Positions 18,868 to 30,300 are shown, counted from the stretch's first letter. The stretch: 64,000 nt of DNA from Candidatus Omnitrophota bacterium (GCA_043732705.1 JAYTHE010000002.1:191608-255607); one strand, 5' to 3'. Notes: generated by a model not told the origin, from the sequence alone. Numbers and translations: made by a program.

Positions 18868-20019
18868 TTGAAAAAAGTGAAAAAAAATCTTTTAAAAAAA
18901 ATCTTCGTCTTTGAGCCCGATTGCTCAGGGCATCATCTTTATTACCTTAATTTGATTGTAAAGTCTTTGCTCCGTTGCCAAATTATATGGGGAGGAACTG
19001 CGTTGGCTATTGCTGAAGCGGAAAAGTGTTTTCCCGAAATCTTTCAAAAAATTAGTGAGGTTAAAATTATTTCAAAAAGCAGTCTGCAGGTTAGTAAGCT
19101 GCTGGCTCTAATTCTGAGTGTTTGGCAAACAAGGCCAAACACAATTTTTTTATGTTACGGGGACCAGCTTGTGTATTTAATTCCAATTTTGAGACTCTTG
19201 ACACTGTTCAAAAGCATGTCTGTGCAGTTGATTTCCTTTCGCGGAAGGTTTTGCCCTAGTGTTTATCCTAGCTGGCTGGGAGGGGTTAAGAAGTTTCTAG
19301 TAACTTTGTATTTAAAATTAGGGATAATTCAAAAAATATTCCTTGTCGATGATTTGGTGTATAAAGATTTCAGCCAAATAAGTTATGGGCTTGAAAACAA
19401 AGTTATTTTTTTGCCGGACCCCATGCCAAATTGGCAACCTATCTCTAAAGGCGAGGCGCGTCGATATTTAAAATTAAGCGAGAATAAAAAATATATTCTC
19501 GGTTTTGGAAGTTTAAGCCCCAGGAAGGGGCTTTCGGATCTTCTTGAGCTAGTAGAACAGAAAATGTTGCCCCAACATGCTTGTTTGCTTTTAGTTGGAA
19601 AACCAGATGTTGAAACCAATAAGCTGATTGAGAAAAAAAAATCCACGATTTTGGATTTTGAAAACAGAGTAATTTTGCGAACGGAGTTTGTACAAGAAAA
19701 AGATATTTCCTTTTATTTTGCTGCTTCGGATGTTGTAATGGCAAATTATATAGATCATGTGGGGTCCAGTGGGGTGGTTTTAAAAGCCTTGGCAATGAAG
19801 CGGCCCGTAATAGGGCCTAATTGCGGTTGGATCGGATGGGCGATTGGACAAGCTAATGTTGACTGGTTATATGTGCATGGTGACAAGAAGGATTTTCGGA
19901 ACAAGCTATTTGATGCTTTGGAAAAAGAAGAGGTGTTGATTGCGGATTGCTTGGCAGAGTTTAAGAGTGCTCATTCTGAGGGAGGTTTTGTGAAAATTCT
20001 CCAAGAGAATTTGGGTTAA
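18868..20019 (+). CDS. Glycosyltransferase-like protein (GT-B fold, GT1/GT4-like C-terminal half)
   Basis: The C-terminal region (VGKPDV ... FYFAASDVVMANYIDHVGSSGVVLKALAMKRPVIGP) resembles the nucleotide-sugar-binding half of GT4 enzymes. Confidence 0.4.
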   Translation: MKKVKKNLLKKIFVFEPDCSGHHLYYLNLIVKSLLRCQIIWGGTALAIAEAEKCFPEIFQKISEVKIISKSSLQVSKLLALILSVWQTRPNTIFLCYGDQLVYLIPILRLLTLFKSMSVQLISFRGRFCPSVYPSWLGGVKKFLVTLYLKLGIIQKIFLVDDLVYKDFSQISYGLENKVIFLPDPMPNWQPISKGEARRYLKLSENKKYILGFGSLSPRKGLSDLLELVEQKMLPQHACLLLVGKPDVETNKLIEKKKSTILDFENRVILRTEFVQEKDISFYFAASDVVMANYIDHVGSSGVVLKALAMKRPVIGPNCGWIGWAIGQANVDWLYVHGDKKDFRNKLFDALEKEEVLIADCLAEFKSAHSEGGFVKILQENLG

Positions 20020-20021
20020 GT

Positions 20022-20834
20022 ATGATTCGAACCGGCATCACAAAAACAAGGTCGAATCAAGCAGCTTATACTTTCTGTCTGCTTTTAACAGCTTCAATTG
20101 ATCCAAAAAACTGTGCTTTTTTGAAGAGGTCAGATCCCAAAATCAGAGAAAAAGATTATTTAAATGCTTTAAAGAAATGGATTGATAAAACCAAATACCC
20201 GATCGTTTTTTGTGAAAACTCAGGTTTTGATATTTCCCAAATTAATAAAACAGCAGAAGAGGGAAGAAAATTGGGGCGTGAAATAGAGGTTATTCAGTTT
20301 GATGGAAATAATTATCCTCGAAATTTTGGAAAAGGGTTCGGTGAGATGTTAATTATAGGTCATGCAATGTGTCACTCAAAGCTGATTCAAAAATCAAAAT
20401 ATATAATAAAGGTAACGGGTCGATTTTTTGTTAGCAATATAAACTCGATCGTTGGGGGGCTGACACAAGCAAACGATTTGTTTGCGATAACATCTTGTCG
20501 GGAGAAAGAATTAGTTCCCTCAGTGTTTTTTTGTGGGACGACAGTTTTTTTCACCAAGTGTTTGTTGCCGTGGCAGCATAAGCTAAACGATCAGACTGGG
20601 TTTTACTTTGAGCACGCTCTAAAACAGGCTTGCGATACCGCTCAGAAAGAAGGTTTTAAGTGCTTTGAATTTGACAAGCCTATTTTGCTATGTGGCTACA
20701 GGGGAACTGACAATAAACTGATCTATGGTTTTTCTGAGTGGGAGGCGAGTGTGCGTGTTAAGTTAAAAAAAGTAGTACCACAGCCTGTGTTTGAATTTTT
20801 TAGGTCTTTGCTGAGTTTTTTTAAAAAAAATTAA
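20022..20834 (+). CDS. Hypothetical protein inside the polysaccharide locus
   Basis: Codon usage is consistent with neighbours and gene junctions are tight. No recognisable motif. Confidence 0.4.
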   Translation: MIRTGITKTRSNQAAYTFCLLLTASIDPKNCAFLKRSDPKIREKDYLNALKKWIDKTKYPIVFCENSGFDISQINKTAEEGRKLGREIEVIQFDGNNYPRNFGKGFGEMLIIGHAMCHSKLIQKSKYIIKVTGRFFVSNINSIVGGLTQANDLFAITSCREKELVPSVFFCGTTVFFTKCLLPWQHKLNDQTGFYFEHALKQACDTAQKEGFKCFEFDKPILLCGYRGTDNKLIYGFSEWEASVRVKLKKVVPQPVFEFFRSLLSFFKKN

Positions 20835-20878
20835 AATTAATAATAAAATATTATTTCAAATTCCCATTAAATTTCAAG

Positions 20879-22186
20879 ATGAACAAAAACAAAAATTTTA
20901 ACAGTGGTTTTTTCAGACCAATAGCAATGAGCCTTTTTACACTTATGAATTTTGTGGGTGCTTTTAAAGAGGGGGCAGGTGTCGAAGGTTTTGGCTCAGG
21001 GAACCCTTTAAAGGATTATACTTTTTTGACCGTGTTGGGAATTGTTGTGTGTTTTGGAATTATTTTTTTATTTTCCAATACTTTCGAGCGTCGCGCAATG
21101 ATTGAAAGGATGTTTTCTCTCTCTTCGTTGATTTGTTTTGGAATATACTTTGCGCTGTGTCAGTTTTTAATGGGTTCCGAAGCAGGTTTTTCCAAGCTTA
21201 GGTATTTTTGGATGCTTGATCTTCCTGCGTGTTTTATTTTTGTTAGTCTTATAAGAAAGCCACAGGATTTAAAAGCATTTCTGTGGTTCATTGTCTTGTT
21301 TTCATGTTTTTTGACCATGGTGGCATTTATTTACAAAACACAAAATCCGTTTTTGTTTTTATCCTCGGGCAATAATGAGGGGCGCACTTGGACTTATATT
21401 CAGTATGGCGCCTTGTCCTGTTCGGCGGGGTTAATCGCTTTAATTTGGAGCGTCGAAAGCACGGGCAATTTATTTTCTAAGATTGTTTCGTTATTCATAT
21501 GTCTCTTAAACTTTGCGGGCACGATTTACTCAGGTGAGCGCGGGAGTATTTTATTTGTTCCCATTATTTTTATTTGTTATCTTTTTATGAGCGGTCGGCT
21601 TATCAGGCTAAATTCCTGGAAAGCATTTTGGATCGGTTTTATTATTATTATTATTTCATTTTCTGCTTTTAGCTTTATTCAGTCGGAGAAAGGGGAAATG
21701 TTTCGAAAGCGTTTTGAGAAACTTGGTGTGACGCAAGATTCTGATGACAAAGATGCCCGTCTTGATATTCAAGGGGAATTTGGAGAAGGGATAAGACAAG
21801 CGACAAAAAAAAGCCCAATTTTTGGACTAGGTCCGGGTAATTATTTTGGATTTAATCAAGGCGGCTATCCGCACAACATGATTCTTGAAACAGGTGGTGA
21901 ATTGGGGTTGATAGGGCTAGCAATTTACTTTTTTATTTTAAGTCGAGTTTGGAAAGGAGTTAGGTGTATTAAGAACTTTATGCAGCCAGACTTATTTTAT
22001 GCTTATTTTGTCGTCTTTTTGTTGTATTTCTTTAGAACTTTAAAGACCGGAGATATTGCGGGTAGTCGGTATTTTTGGTTATTTATAGCTTCGTGGCTTT
22101 TATTTTCGAACATAAGGAATCTGAAGAAGCCAGGTAAGTCGGGCGGGAAAACGTTAAGCCAAGAATTGGTTGTGGCCAATGAATAA
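20879..22186 (+). CDS. O-antigen polymerase/ligase-like membrane protein (Wzy/WaaL superfamily)
   Basis: About ten TM helices and a large loop near the C-terminal third. This topology is typical of Wzy_C-domain proteins, and the gene sits inside a glycosyltransferase cluster. Confidence 0.55.
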   Translation: MNKNKNFNSGFFRPIAMSLFTLMNFVGAFKEGAGVEGFGSGNPLKDYTFLTVLGIVVCFGIIFLFSNTFERRAMIERMFSLSSLICFGIYFALCQFLMGSEAGFSKLRYFWMLDLPACFIFVSLIRKPQDLKAFLWFIVLFSCFLTMVAFIYKTQNPFLFLSSGNNEGRTWTYIQYGALSCSAGLIALIWSVESTGNLFSKIVSLFICLLNFAGTIYSGERGSILFVPIIFICYLFMSGRLIRLNSWKAFWIGFIIIIISFSAFSFIQSEKGEMFRKRFEKLGVTQDSDDKDARLDIQGEFGEGIRQATKKSPIFGLGPGNYFGFNQGGYPHNMILETGGELGLIGLAIYFFILSRVWKGVRCIKNFMQPDLFYAYFVVFLLYFFRTLKTGDIAGSRYFWLFIASWLLFSNIRNLKKPGKSGGKTLSQELVVANE

Positions 22187-22919
22187 AGTAAATGTAATTT
22201 TATCTAATTTGATAAAAATTGATTTGTTAACTGGCGTTCGTATCAAGAGCAGGCAAGATCTTATTCGACTAGGGAAAGGTGCTTCATGGATCATTCCTGC
22301 TACTCTTATTAAAAAGGAATCAATTTGCTACCTAGTTGGTGCCGGTGAAGACATTACGTTTGATGTAGATTTGGCTAACAAGTATTCTGATCATGTCTTT
22401 ATTTTTGATCCTACTCCACGTGCTAAGAAGCATTATGAAAATGTTTGTAGCAATGTTCAAACTGCCTTGGTGCAAAAGACAAATATAGTTTCAAAGGCTA
22501 CTCTTCAAAAAATAAAATTTATAGAGAGAGGTCTTTGGAGCAATGATTGTGAAATGAAGTTTTTTGCGCCTAAGGACCCAGGACATGTTTCTCACTCTTT
22601 GCTAAACTTGCAGGGGACAAAGGATTTTTTTATTGCAAAAGTTAATCGATTGTCCTCGTTAATGAATGAGCTTAAGCATGATTCGTTGGATTTGTTGAAA
22701 ATTGATATAGAAGGTGCTGAATATGAAGTGATTAAGACAATTTTAGAAGACAAGATTTTTATTCGTATTTTGTGTGTTGAATTTGATGAGGCATACAATC
22801 CCTTAGATGGAAAGTATGCTTTTCGCATCAAATCAGCTATTTCTAGTTTAATTAATCATGGTTATGAGCTTGTTGCGTTGTCATCTTGGGGGAATTATAC
22901 ATTCCTCAAAGTAACATAA
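22170..22919 (+). CDS. FkbM-family methyltransferase
   Basis: YLVGAGEDITFD ... FIFDPTP ... LKIDIEGAEYEV pattern of Methyltransf_21/FkbM proteins. Confidence 0.65.
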   Translation: MWPMNKVNVILSNLIKIDLLTGVRIKSRQDLIRLGKGASWIIPATLIKKESICYLVGAGEDITFDVDLANKYSDHVFIFDPTPRAKKHYENVCSNVQTALVQKTNIVSKATLQKIKFIERGLWSNDCEMKFFAPKDPGHVSHSLLNLQGTKDFFIAKVNRLSSLMNELKHDSLDLLKIDIEGAEYEVIKTILEDKIFIRILCVEFDEAYNPLDGKYAFRIKSAISSLINHGYELVALSSWGNYTFLKVT

Positions 22920-22925
22920 GTCTCG

Positions 22926-24056
22926 ATGCGCATCTTATTAATTCATAACATTCTCTGGAGTCATTATAAAGCCGCTGTTTTTTCGGCGTTATCGAGGGCG
23001 TGCAAAGATAAAAGCTACTCCTTTAAGGTTATTCACTTGGCTGAGACGGAAGGTATCCGAAAGCGGTTTGGTGGTATTGACATAGAGTTGCATCAATATA
23101 ATTACGAAGTTCTTCATAAAGGTTCGCACAACGACTTTAAGTTTTTCGAAAAATTAGCCAAACTTATAAAGGTCGTAAAAAAGGAAAAGCCTGATTGTTT
23201 GTCAATAGCCGGTTATTATGATTTTGCTTGTTTGCTGGCGGCTTATTGGGCAAAGTTTCATGGTATCAAAATTGTTATGATGTCTGATTCCGCTGAGGCA
23301 GATCGCGCGCGGAATGTAATTTGGGAGAAAATAAAGAGTTTGCTGATTAAACCCTTTGACCTTTTCTTTTGCTATGGTTCAAAAGCGAGGGAATATTTGC
23401 TTAAATTAAGGGTGAAAGATGACAAGATTAAAATTCGTTTTCAATCCACGCAGAATGAAATTATCCGAAATATTTATCTAAAATCAAAAAATAAACTAAG
23501 GGACCATTTCTCAGAAAAGAATTTTATTTATGTTGGAAGGCTTTCACCGGAGAAAAACATACCAGTTTTGCTTCATGCTTTTGCAGCGGTTAGGAAGTTA
23601 AACTGGGGGCTAGTCTTAGTTGGTGATGGGCCGCAAAGACGCGAGTTAGAAGATTTGGTGAAAAAACTTGCTTTAGAGCAAATATATTTTACAGGTCCCA
23701 AGTCTTGGCATGAAGTTGTCACATATTATGCCTCTGCGGATGTTTTTGTTCTTCCCAGCTTGTCGGAACCCTGGGGGTTGGTGGTTAATGAGGCGATGCT
23801 TTGCGATCTACCAGTGATTGTTTCTAATCGATGTGGATGTGCAATGGATCTTGTTCGAGAGGGGGTGAATGGTTTTGTTTTTGACCCTTTTGATTCCCGG
23901 CAATTGGAGCGATTAATGAGGGACTTTGCGGATGATAATTATGATCTGGTTCAAATGGGGAGGCGATCGAATGAAATTATTCAGAAATTCTCTCCCGAGA
24001 ATTCGGCCCGCCAGATGCTGGAAGGGATAGAGATGCTTTTGCGGGATGCAAAATGA
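22926..24056 (+). CDS. Glycosyltransferase family 4
   Basis: FIYVGRLSPEKN ... ADVFVLPSLSEPWGLVVNEAMLCDLPVIVS is the EX7E/GT4 signature. Confidence 0.85.
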   Translation: MRILLIHNILWSHYKAAVFSALSRACKDKSYSFKVIHLAETEGIRKRFGGIDIELHQYNYEVLHKGSHNDFKFFEKLAKLIKVVKKEKPDCLSIAGYYDFACLLAAYWAKFHGIKIVMMSDSAEADRARNVIWEKIKSLLIKPFDLFFCYGSKAREYLLKLRVKDDKIKIRFQSTQNEIIRNIYLKSKNKLRDHFSEKNFIYVGRLSPEKNIPVLLHAFAAVRKLNWGLVLVGDGPQRRELEDLVKKLALEQIYFTGPKSWHEVVTYYASADVFVLPSLSEPWGLVVNEAMLCDLPVIVSNRCGCAMDLVREGVNGFVFDPFDSRQLERLMRDFADDNYDLVQMGRRSNEIIQKFSPENSARQMLEGIEMLLRDAK

Positions 24057-25210
24057 GAATTGCGCATTTAACGCCATGTTTTTCACTTCAGGGCGGGGGG
24101 GTCCCCCCCGTTGTTCATGCTTTGGCAGCGCATCAAAAGTTGTCTGGTAATCAAATTTGTGTTTTTTCGGTCGATGACCGCAACGCTATTCAAAAGTCGG
24201 CTAATTATGAACTTGTTTTGCTGCCTGTTTTGGGGAGTGAGCGGTTTGCTTTTGCTCCAGGGCTTATTGACAAAATCGTTCGGTTTTCCCCGGATATTCT
24301 TCACAGTCATGGTATTTGGTCGTATTTTTCAATTGCAAGTCAGCGCGCTGCTAAAAAGTTGAAAATTCCGCATGTGATTTCAACGCATGGGATGCTGGAG
24401 CCATGGGCGTGGAATTGGCACCGAGGGAGAAAAAGGATGCTGCAGGTGTTGGCTCTAGATAGCGTCTTAAAAAAAGCTAGTGCATTGTTGGCCTATGAGT
24501 CCGAAATGCCCATAATTAAACAGCTCGGATTTAAAGATAAAACATTTCTTGTTGTCAATGGAGTTGATATAGACACGTTAAGTCAAAGCCATTCAAAGAC
24601 AAAATTTGAACTGGCACACCCCGAGTTTAAAAATAAAAAAATAATTTTATTTTTATCGAGACTCCACCCCAAAAAAGGATTGCCCTCTTTTTTAAATGCC
24701 TTTTCAAAAGTTGTCGTCCAGTTTCCGGAATGGCATTTTGTGATTGCCGGGCCTGATGAAAGCGGGCATGCCAAAGAAATCGCGAAACTTATTCGAAAAT
24801 TAAATTTAATGTCCAATGTGTCTATGTTAGGCATCCAGATCGGCGAGTCAAAAAGGGATTGTTTTGCCGCTGCGGATTTATTTGTTCTCCCGTCATTTAG
24901 TGAGGGCTTCAGCGTTGCAGTTTTAGAAGCGATGGCATCAGGCCTGCCCGTTTTAATTTCGAAAGGTTGTTGTTTTCAAGAAGTCGAAGAAAAAAATTGT
25001 GGTATTGTTTGCGAGGCTAATTCGGTATCGATTGAAAAAGCTTTAAAAAAAATCTTGTCAATGGGTTCCGATGAACTTAAATTGATGGGGCAAAATGGGC
25101 GACAGCTAATTACAGAAAAATACACGTGGTCTAAGGTTAATCACGAAATTTTAGATATTTACCAGAAGGTTATTCATCATTATGAATCTGAAAAAATTCA
25201 AAAAAGTTGA
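24053..25210 (+). CDS. Glycosyltransferase family 4
   Basis: ILFLSRLHPKKGL ... ADLFVLPSFSEGFSVAVLEAMASGLPVLIS. Carries a G7-T-C7 palindromic homopolymer in its sixth to twelfth codons. Confidence 0.85.
   Translation: MRIAHLTPCFSLQGGGVPPVVHALAAHQKLSGNQICVFSVDDRNAIQKSANYELVLLPVLGSERFAFAPGLIDKIVRFSPDILHSHGIWSYFSIASQRAAKKLKIPHVISTHGMLEPWAWNWHRGRKRMLQVLALDSVLKKASALLAYESEMPIIKQLGFKDKTFLVVNGVDIDTLSQSHSKTKFELAHPEFKNKKIILFLSRLHPKKGLPSFLNAFSKVVVQFPEWHFVIAGPDESGHAKEIAKLIRKLNLMSNVSMLGIQIGESKRDCFAAADLFVLPSFSEGFSVAVLEAMASGLPVLISKGCCFQEVEEKNCGIVCEANSVSIEKALKKILSMGSDELKLMGQNGRQLITEKYTWSKVNHEILDIYQKVIHHYESEKIQKS
24095..24109. repeat. GGGGGGGTCCCCCCC palindromic double homopolymer inside the GT4 gene
   Basis: Seven Gs, a T, then seven Cs. 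It encodes GGGVPPV. Confidence 0.9.
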
Positions 25211-25730
25211 TTTTGTTGGAGTGCCAAAATGGAAATGGGCTTTGTGGCTCATGGTGGGGTCGTATTTTGTGGAGTCGAGAATTTTTTGTTATTCTTCATT
25301 TAGAGTTTTTGTTTTGAGGCTGTTTGGAGCACAAATTGGCGAGGGTTGTAATATTAAACCAAGAGTTCGGATTAAACTGCCTTGGAAATTAAAAATCGGC
25401 AATGATGTTTGGTTGGGTGAGAGAGCATGGATTGATAATATCGAAAATGTTGAAATAGGCGACAACGTTTGTATTTCCCAGGAGGCCTATCTTTGTACCG
25501 GTAACCATGACTGGAGCTGCGAGAATTTTAAACTCACCGCGGAACCGATTAACATTGAAGATCAAGTTTGGATTGGCGCCAGAGCTGTTGTTGGACCGGG
25601 CGTTACTGTCAAAACCGGCTCGGTTCTTGCCCTTGGAAGTGTAGCGGTATCTAATCTCGAGCCGATGATGATTTATTCAGGCAACCCTGCTAAACCCATT
25701 AAGCCACGCAAAATAACGGCTGTGGGTTAA
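25182..25730 (+). CDS. Hexapeptide-repeat (LbH) acetyltransferase, WcaF/WbbJ-like
   Basis: IGEGCNIKPRVRI ... IGNDVWLGERAWI ... IGDNVCISQEAYLCTGNHD are left-handed beta-helix repeats typical of colanic-acid/O-antigen acetyltransferases. Confidence 0.8.
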   Translation: MNLKKFKKVDFVGVPKWKWALWLMVGSYFVESRIFCYSSFRVFVLRLFGAQIGEGCNIKPRVRIKLPWKLKIGNDVWLGERAWIDNIENVEIGDNVCISQEAYLCTGNHDWSCENFKLTAEPINIEDQVWIGARAVVGPGVTVKTGSVLALGSVAVSNLEPMMIYSGNPAKPIKPRKITAVG

Positions 25731-25746
25731 TGGCACATCGAACACG

Positions 25747-26967
25747 TTGCAGTTAGTCGTGAAGCCCAAGATTCTCTTTCTCTATCATTTTTACTTTCCT
25801 GATAATGTCGTCAGCCCGCGCCTCTTTCAGGATTTGTGTGAAGACCTTGCTAAAAGAAATTGGGAAGTTGAAGTTTGGCCGTGCAATCGTAACCGCCACG
25901 ATCTTAAAGCTGCCTATCCTGCCAAAGAAATTTTAAATGGTGTTCGGGTCAAGCGAGTTTGGCGCCCATCCTTGAGTCAGTCATCATCTATCGGAAGAAT
26001 TTTAAATTCAATTTGGATGATTTCAAATTGGTCTTTGCGCTATTTGCTTTTATTTCCCAAGCCGCAGATTGTTTTCATTGGCAGTGATCCTGTTTTGGCA
26101 TTGCTTGCGGTGCCACTTATTAAGTTGTTTGATCATAAGGTGAGGGTGGTGCATTGGTGCTTTGATCTCTATCCTGAAGCGGCCGTGGCTGACGGAAAAG
26201 TCAAAGGAAGCGGTTGGTTGTATCGCGTGCTTTCATGGCTTATGCGCCGTGCTTATAATGCGTGTGATCTGATTCTTGATCTGGGTGTTTGTATGAGAAA
26301 AAAAATAACAATGTATTTGCCGCGCTCGCGTTGTGAGACCGTCACGCCCTGGGCTTTTTATGAGCCGACACAAATTCAGTTACCCGCCCCTAGTGAAAAA
26401 CAAGCTTTGTTTGGAAATGCGACCACGGGGATACTTTATTCCGGGAATTTTGGTCTAGGGCATACCGCAGATTTGACTATAAAACTTGCAGCGCGATTAA
26501 AAGAAGTAAGTATTCGATTCTGTTTCAGCACTCAGCGGAATCTGGCAGAGAAGGTTTGTCAAAAGTATGCAGCTGTGAATGCGCCCATTATGTTTGCAGA
26601 TTTTGCCGCTGAAAACAGTTTAAGTAAGAGGTTAGAAGCCGCAGAAATTCATTTGGTGAGCCTAAAGCAGCGCTGGACCGGAACAGTTGTTCCTTCTAAG
26701 TTTTTTGGTTCACTGGCTGCCGGACGACCGGTTATTTTTGAGGGCTCAGAGGAGTCTGCGATTGCAAAATGGATTCGAGAATATCAAGTCGGGTGGGTAC
26801 TTTCAGATGCAACTTTTGAGGAAGTCGCGAATCAGTTAATACAGATTTCGCGAAATCCAAAAGATTTAGAAAGCATGCAAAAGCACTGCCTCGAAATTTA
26901 TCAAGAGCATTTTTCTAAAACACTTTGCCTTGAGAAGCTGCAGAAGCTTTTAAAAGAGCTGGTGTGA
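25747..26967 (+). CDS. Glycosyltransferase (GT-B, WcaI/GT4-like)
   Basis: The N-terminus (KILFLYHFYFPD) is typical of GT-B enzymes and the size and position fit. No clean EX7E motif. Confidence 0.5.
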   Translation: MQLVVKPKILFLYHFYFPDNVVSPRLFQDLCEDLAKRNWEVEVWPCNRNRHDLKAAYPAKEILNGVRVKRVWRPSLSQSSSIGRILNSIWMISNWSLRYLLLFPKPQIVFIGSDPVLALLAVPLIKLFDHKVRVVHWCFDLYPEAAVADGKVKGSGWLYRVLSWLMRRAYNACDLILDLGVCMRKKITMYLPRSRCETVTPWAFYEPTQIQLPAPSEKQALFGNATTGILYSGNFGLGHTADLTIKLAARLKEVSIRFCFSTQRNLAEKVCQKYAAVNAPIMFADFAAENSLSKRLEAAEIHLVSLKQRWTGTVVPSKFFGSLAAGRPVIFEGSEESAIAKWIREYQVGWVLSDATFEEVANQLIQISRNPKDLESMQKHCLEIYQEHFSKTLCLEKLQKLLKELV

Positions 26968-27359
26968 CTCATTGCTATTTTCACAGTTAATGTTGGGTTT
27001 GCGGGGGCTATGAGGGCGCACCGTAATGCGTTAAGGCATAGGTTTGCTTTTTTGATCGACCGAGATGGAGCGGTTTCTGTAAATGTGATAAAAGCGCCAT
27101 GAATTGGTGAAGTGATTTTTAAGGATCATCTCAACTTACGCAGTTACAAACTTTACCATAAAAACATCCGGTGCTAGGACGGAACTCATAGCACTGGCGG
27201 TTAGTTCAGGGGGCTGTTTTTCTTAGCTGTAATTTGCATATTCATATAGCAGGACTAATCATTCGTTAGCAGCCATGGTTTGCCAGCTTGCATTTGAAAT
27301 AATATGGATTATATTTCTCCTAACAATTTCTTTCCTCATAAAAAACATGAGTGTAATCA

Positions 27360-30300
27360 ATGAAAAAACAATCTTCTTTTTTCCGTCGTTTAGTAAGCTT
27401 AGTTACGACACTATTGATTTCTTTTTCAGGAACTCCCGGTTTCTCGGCACCTTCTAGCTCGGATTCTGTCGTGCTTTCTGCGCACGCTTTTTCAAGTTCT
27501 TTAGCTAGTGAAATATTACAAATTCCGCGTCAATTGGGGCGTGTGGAATCTTTTCATGCGGGCAAAGGCAAAACGTTGATTCATATTCAAACCGCGCATG
27601 GCCATTATGAGGCGCAGAAAAAAATCGCCGCAATTTTGCAGGATCTTGAAAATCAATATGGAACAACCACCGTTTTTATTGAAGGCAGCTGGGGGAAACT
27701 TTATCCTGAGATTTTGCGATTTTTCCCTGAAAATCCAAAACTGACGCATGAGTTGAATGACGCCCTCACACATAAGGCGATTGTTAAAGGCGAAGAGCTT
27801 TATTTGATTGATTCGAAAAAAGGTGAAGGCTATGGAATCGAGAATGAACAGGCCTATCTTGAAAACGCAGCGGCATTTGCAAGCGTGGTTAAGGCGCGTG
27901 AAGGCAGTCGGAAATTTTTAACCGCTGCCATGGATGGCATTGAAAAAATTTCAGCCGGTTATTTGAATAATGATTTGCGTGGTTTTTTGCGGCGTGAGGA
28001 GAGCTTTCAAAATGGTGTTACTCCGCTTGATTCTTGGATTGAAGAATTACATAAACAGGTTACAAAGCAGTATGGTCAAGATTTGGCCGACGCTGCCTTT
28101 CAGTTGGAATGGCCCATGCTCGTACGCTATTTTACGATCAAAAAACTTGAATCCTCGATGAATGTTGAAACGCTTGATTCAGAACGGGTTAGTTTTTTAA
28201 AAGAGTTTGATAAAGTCTCTAGTCTCCGGTCTCCAGTCTCCGGTCTCAAGGATTCAATAGAATCCTTGCTGAGCGCCAAAGACGCTAGCCTGGGGTTACA
28301 AGCCGAAATGGTGCAAAGCATTTTTATCCAAATGATGCGAGCCTTGCCCCAGGATTTTGATTACAGTCGCTATCCCAATGTGAAGGCAATGATCGGCATT
28401 TTACTTTTACAAAGTGAGCTTGATGCGCACCTGATGACCGCGGAAATAGAGAAATTAACAAATCTTCTTGCCGGAAAAATGGCAACGCAGGCGACTGAGA
28501 AGCAATTTTTATCGGTTTATCAACGTAAAATTTTGCTTACGAAATTACTTAATTTAGAATTAGCGCCTGATGATTACGAGAAAATTCTCGGGTCTCCGGC
28601 CTCCGGCCTCCGGCCCAGTCATTTATTTTTAGAAATTCAGAAATTAAATACCGAAAACCGTGTCCGTGGAATTGAATTTAAGCATACGGCCGAGTTAGAT
28701 GCGATTTATGAGAAGGCGTTGGCTTTTTATGCGGGTGCGAAAAAGCGTGATCAATATTTAATTGAGAATGTTGAGAAACAAATGGATCAGCTGGGGGTTG
28801 ACAAAGCAGTTGTGATTACGGGTGGTTTCCATGCTGAGCCGTTCCGCAAATACTTTGAAGCGAAAAATTACACTTATGCGCTTCTGATGCCGACTCTTTC
28901 AAGTGTTGATGATAAAGGTCGTGAGGCTTATTTGAATGTTATGAATGAGCAGCTAAAGATTAAAACAAAAACATCTACCGCTAATACAATATCGCCTGCA
29001 ACGCGGGCTGGTGTCTCAACTTTGGAGGCTGGATTAGCTTCTTTGAGTTCGGAGGATGGCAATTTAGCCCTTGCAGGTGTGGAGCGATCAGAATCCCGTC
29101 TTCTATCACTGAGAGCTAAAGCATCGACTTATATTGCGGCTGTATTGTTTGCGTTGTCTTCGGCGTCTCCTGTTTCTGCACAAACACGACGAGTGCTTCC
29201 CGTTGTTCCTTCTGACGCTACAGCGCAACAAGCGGCGTTTGATAAATATATGGAGACAGCTGATGATGGAAAACTAGCCGCGTCGTTTGCCTCTTTTGTG
29301 GAGAAAAAAAATGCCCCTGCTTATTTATTATTTTCATATGCCAAAGCTGCCGCAAAGCAAGGTCGACAAGAAACGGTCGTTAGGCAGCTCGGATTAATAA
29401 TCCAATATTTAGTTGACGCGTATCAATTTAATGAAGCTGATCTTAGAAAAGTTTTAGAGGCGCTTGATTCTAATCCTGAGATCCGTCAAAACAGCGGGGT
29501 GGTTGCTGCTGTTAAATCAATAACGTCACTTGTACCTAAAGAGCTTGTTGGATCGTCGGAGCAGAAGAAAGAAAAACCAGTTGCTTCTGTGATAATAAGG
29601 GCAGAAGGAGGCAAGGGTTTAATTTTAGGACCATCTGAGACGGTTACTGAAAAATCAACAGGTGAAGAAATTAAACTTACCGGAATTCAAAAAGGATCTC
29701 CCGAGGAACTGCTTTTCAATCAGTTTTTTAATGGCGGTGACGTTGTGCAGCCGGGTGGAGTCAATCCAAAGGATGCTTCAAGGGTAAAATTTTCATTACA
29801 GGCATTGGCTCAAATTCACGAGCTTGCACCAGAAAAAAGAGTCCAATTTGTCAAGTCAATGTTCGACTTGTTACCCGCCATGAAGCCGGCATTACCAAAT
29901 GAGAAGGAATTCAAAGAAATAAAAAGAATCACACTAAGTGAATTGGCGAACACTTTTTACTTATTTAAGTTCCCGCCGTCGGCAATTAGTTTTTTTTTAA
30001 ATGAATTGGTCGCCCCCAAAAATAGTTCTCTTGTTGCGGATCCTTTTTTCAGGCCTTATGTATTAGCTTTAGTTTCGGAGTTGGTTGATCAATTGTCCAT
30101 GGACTTACTCGAGTATAAGAAGTGGGCTCAGTCTGTCCTTATAAAAGAATATGAGGTGTTTATCGCCAAATTTGCTGATGATGCGATCCGCAAGGTTTTA
30201 GTAGCGCCTGAGGAAGCGTTAGGTCCCGACACGCGAATGTGGTATATGCGTATGACAGGCGTTCTGTTGAGTGCGCCTAACTTTATTGATCCATTTGTTA

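Noticed and set aside
28215-28615. Short tandem repeats considered as a CRISPR array
   Set aside because: Units are 7 bp, contiguous, without spacers, and lie inside coding sequence. They are not CRISPR.
29040-29160. Second signal-peptide-like segment inside the giant ORF as the start of a separate gene
   Set aside because: The reading frame is continuous with no stop or RBS. It is treated as an internal hydrophobic segment of one protein.
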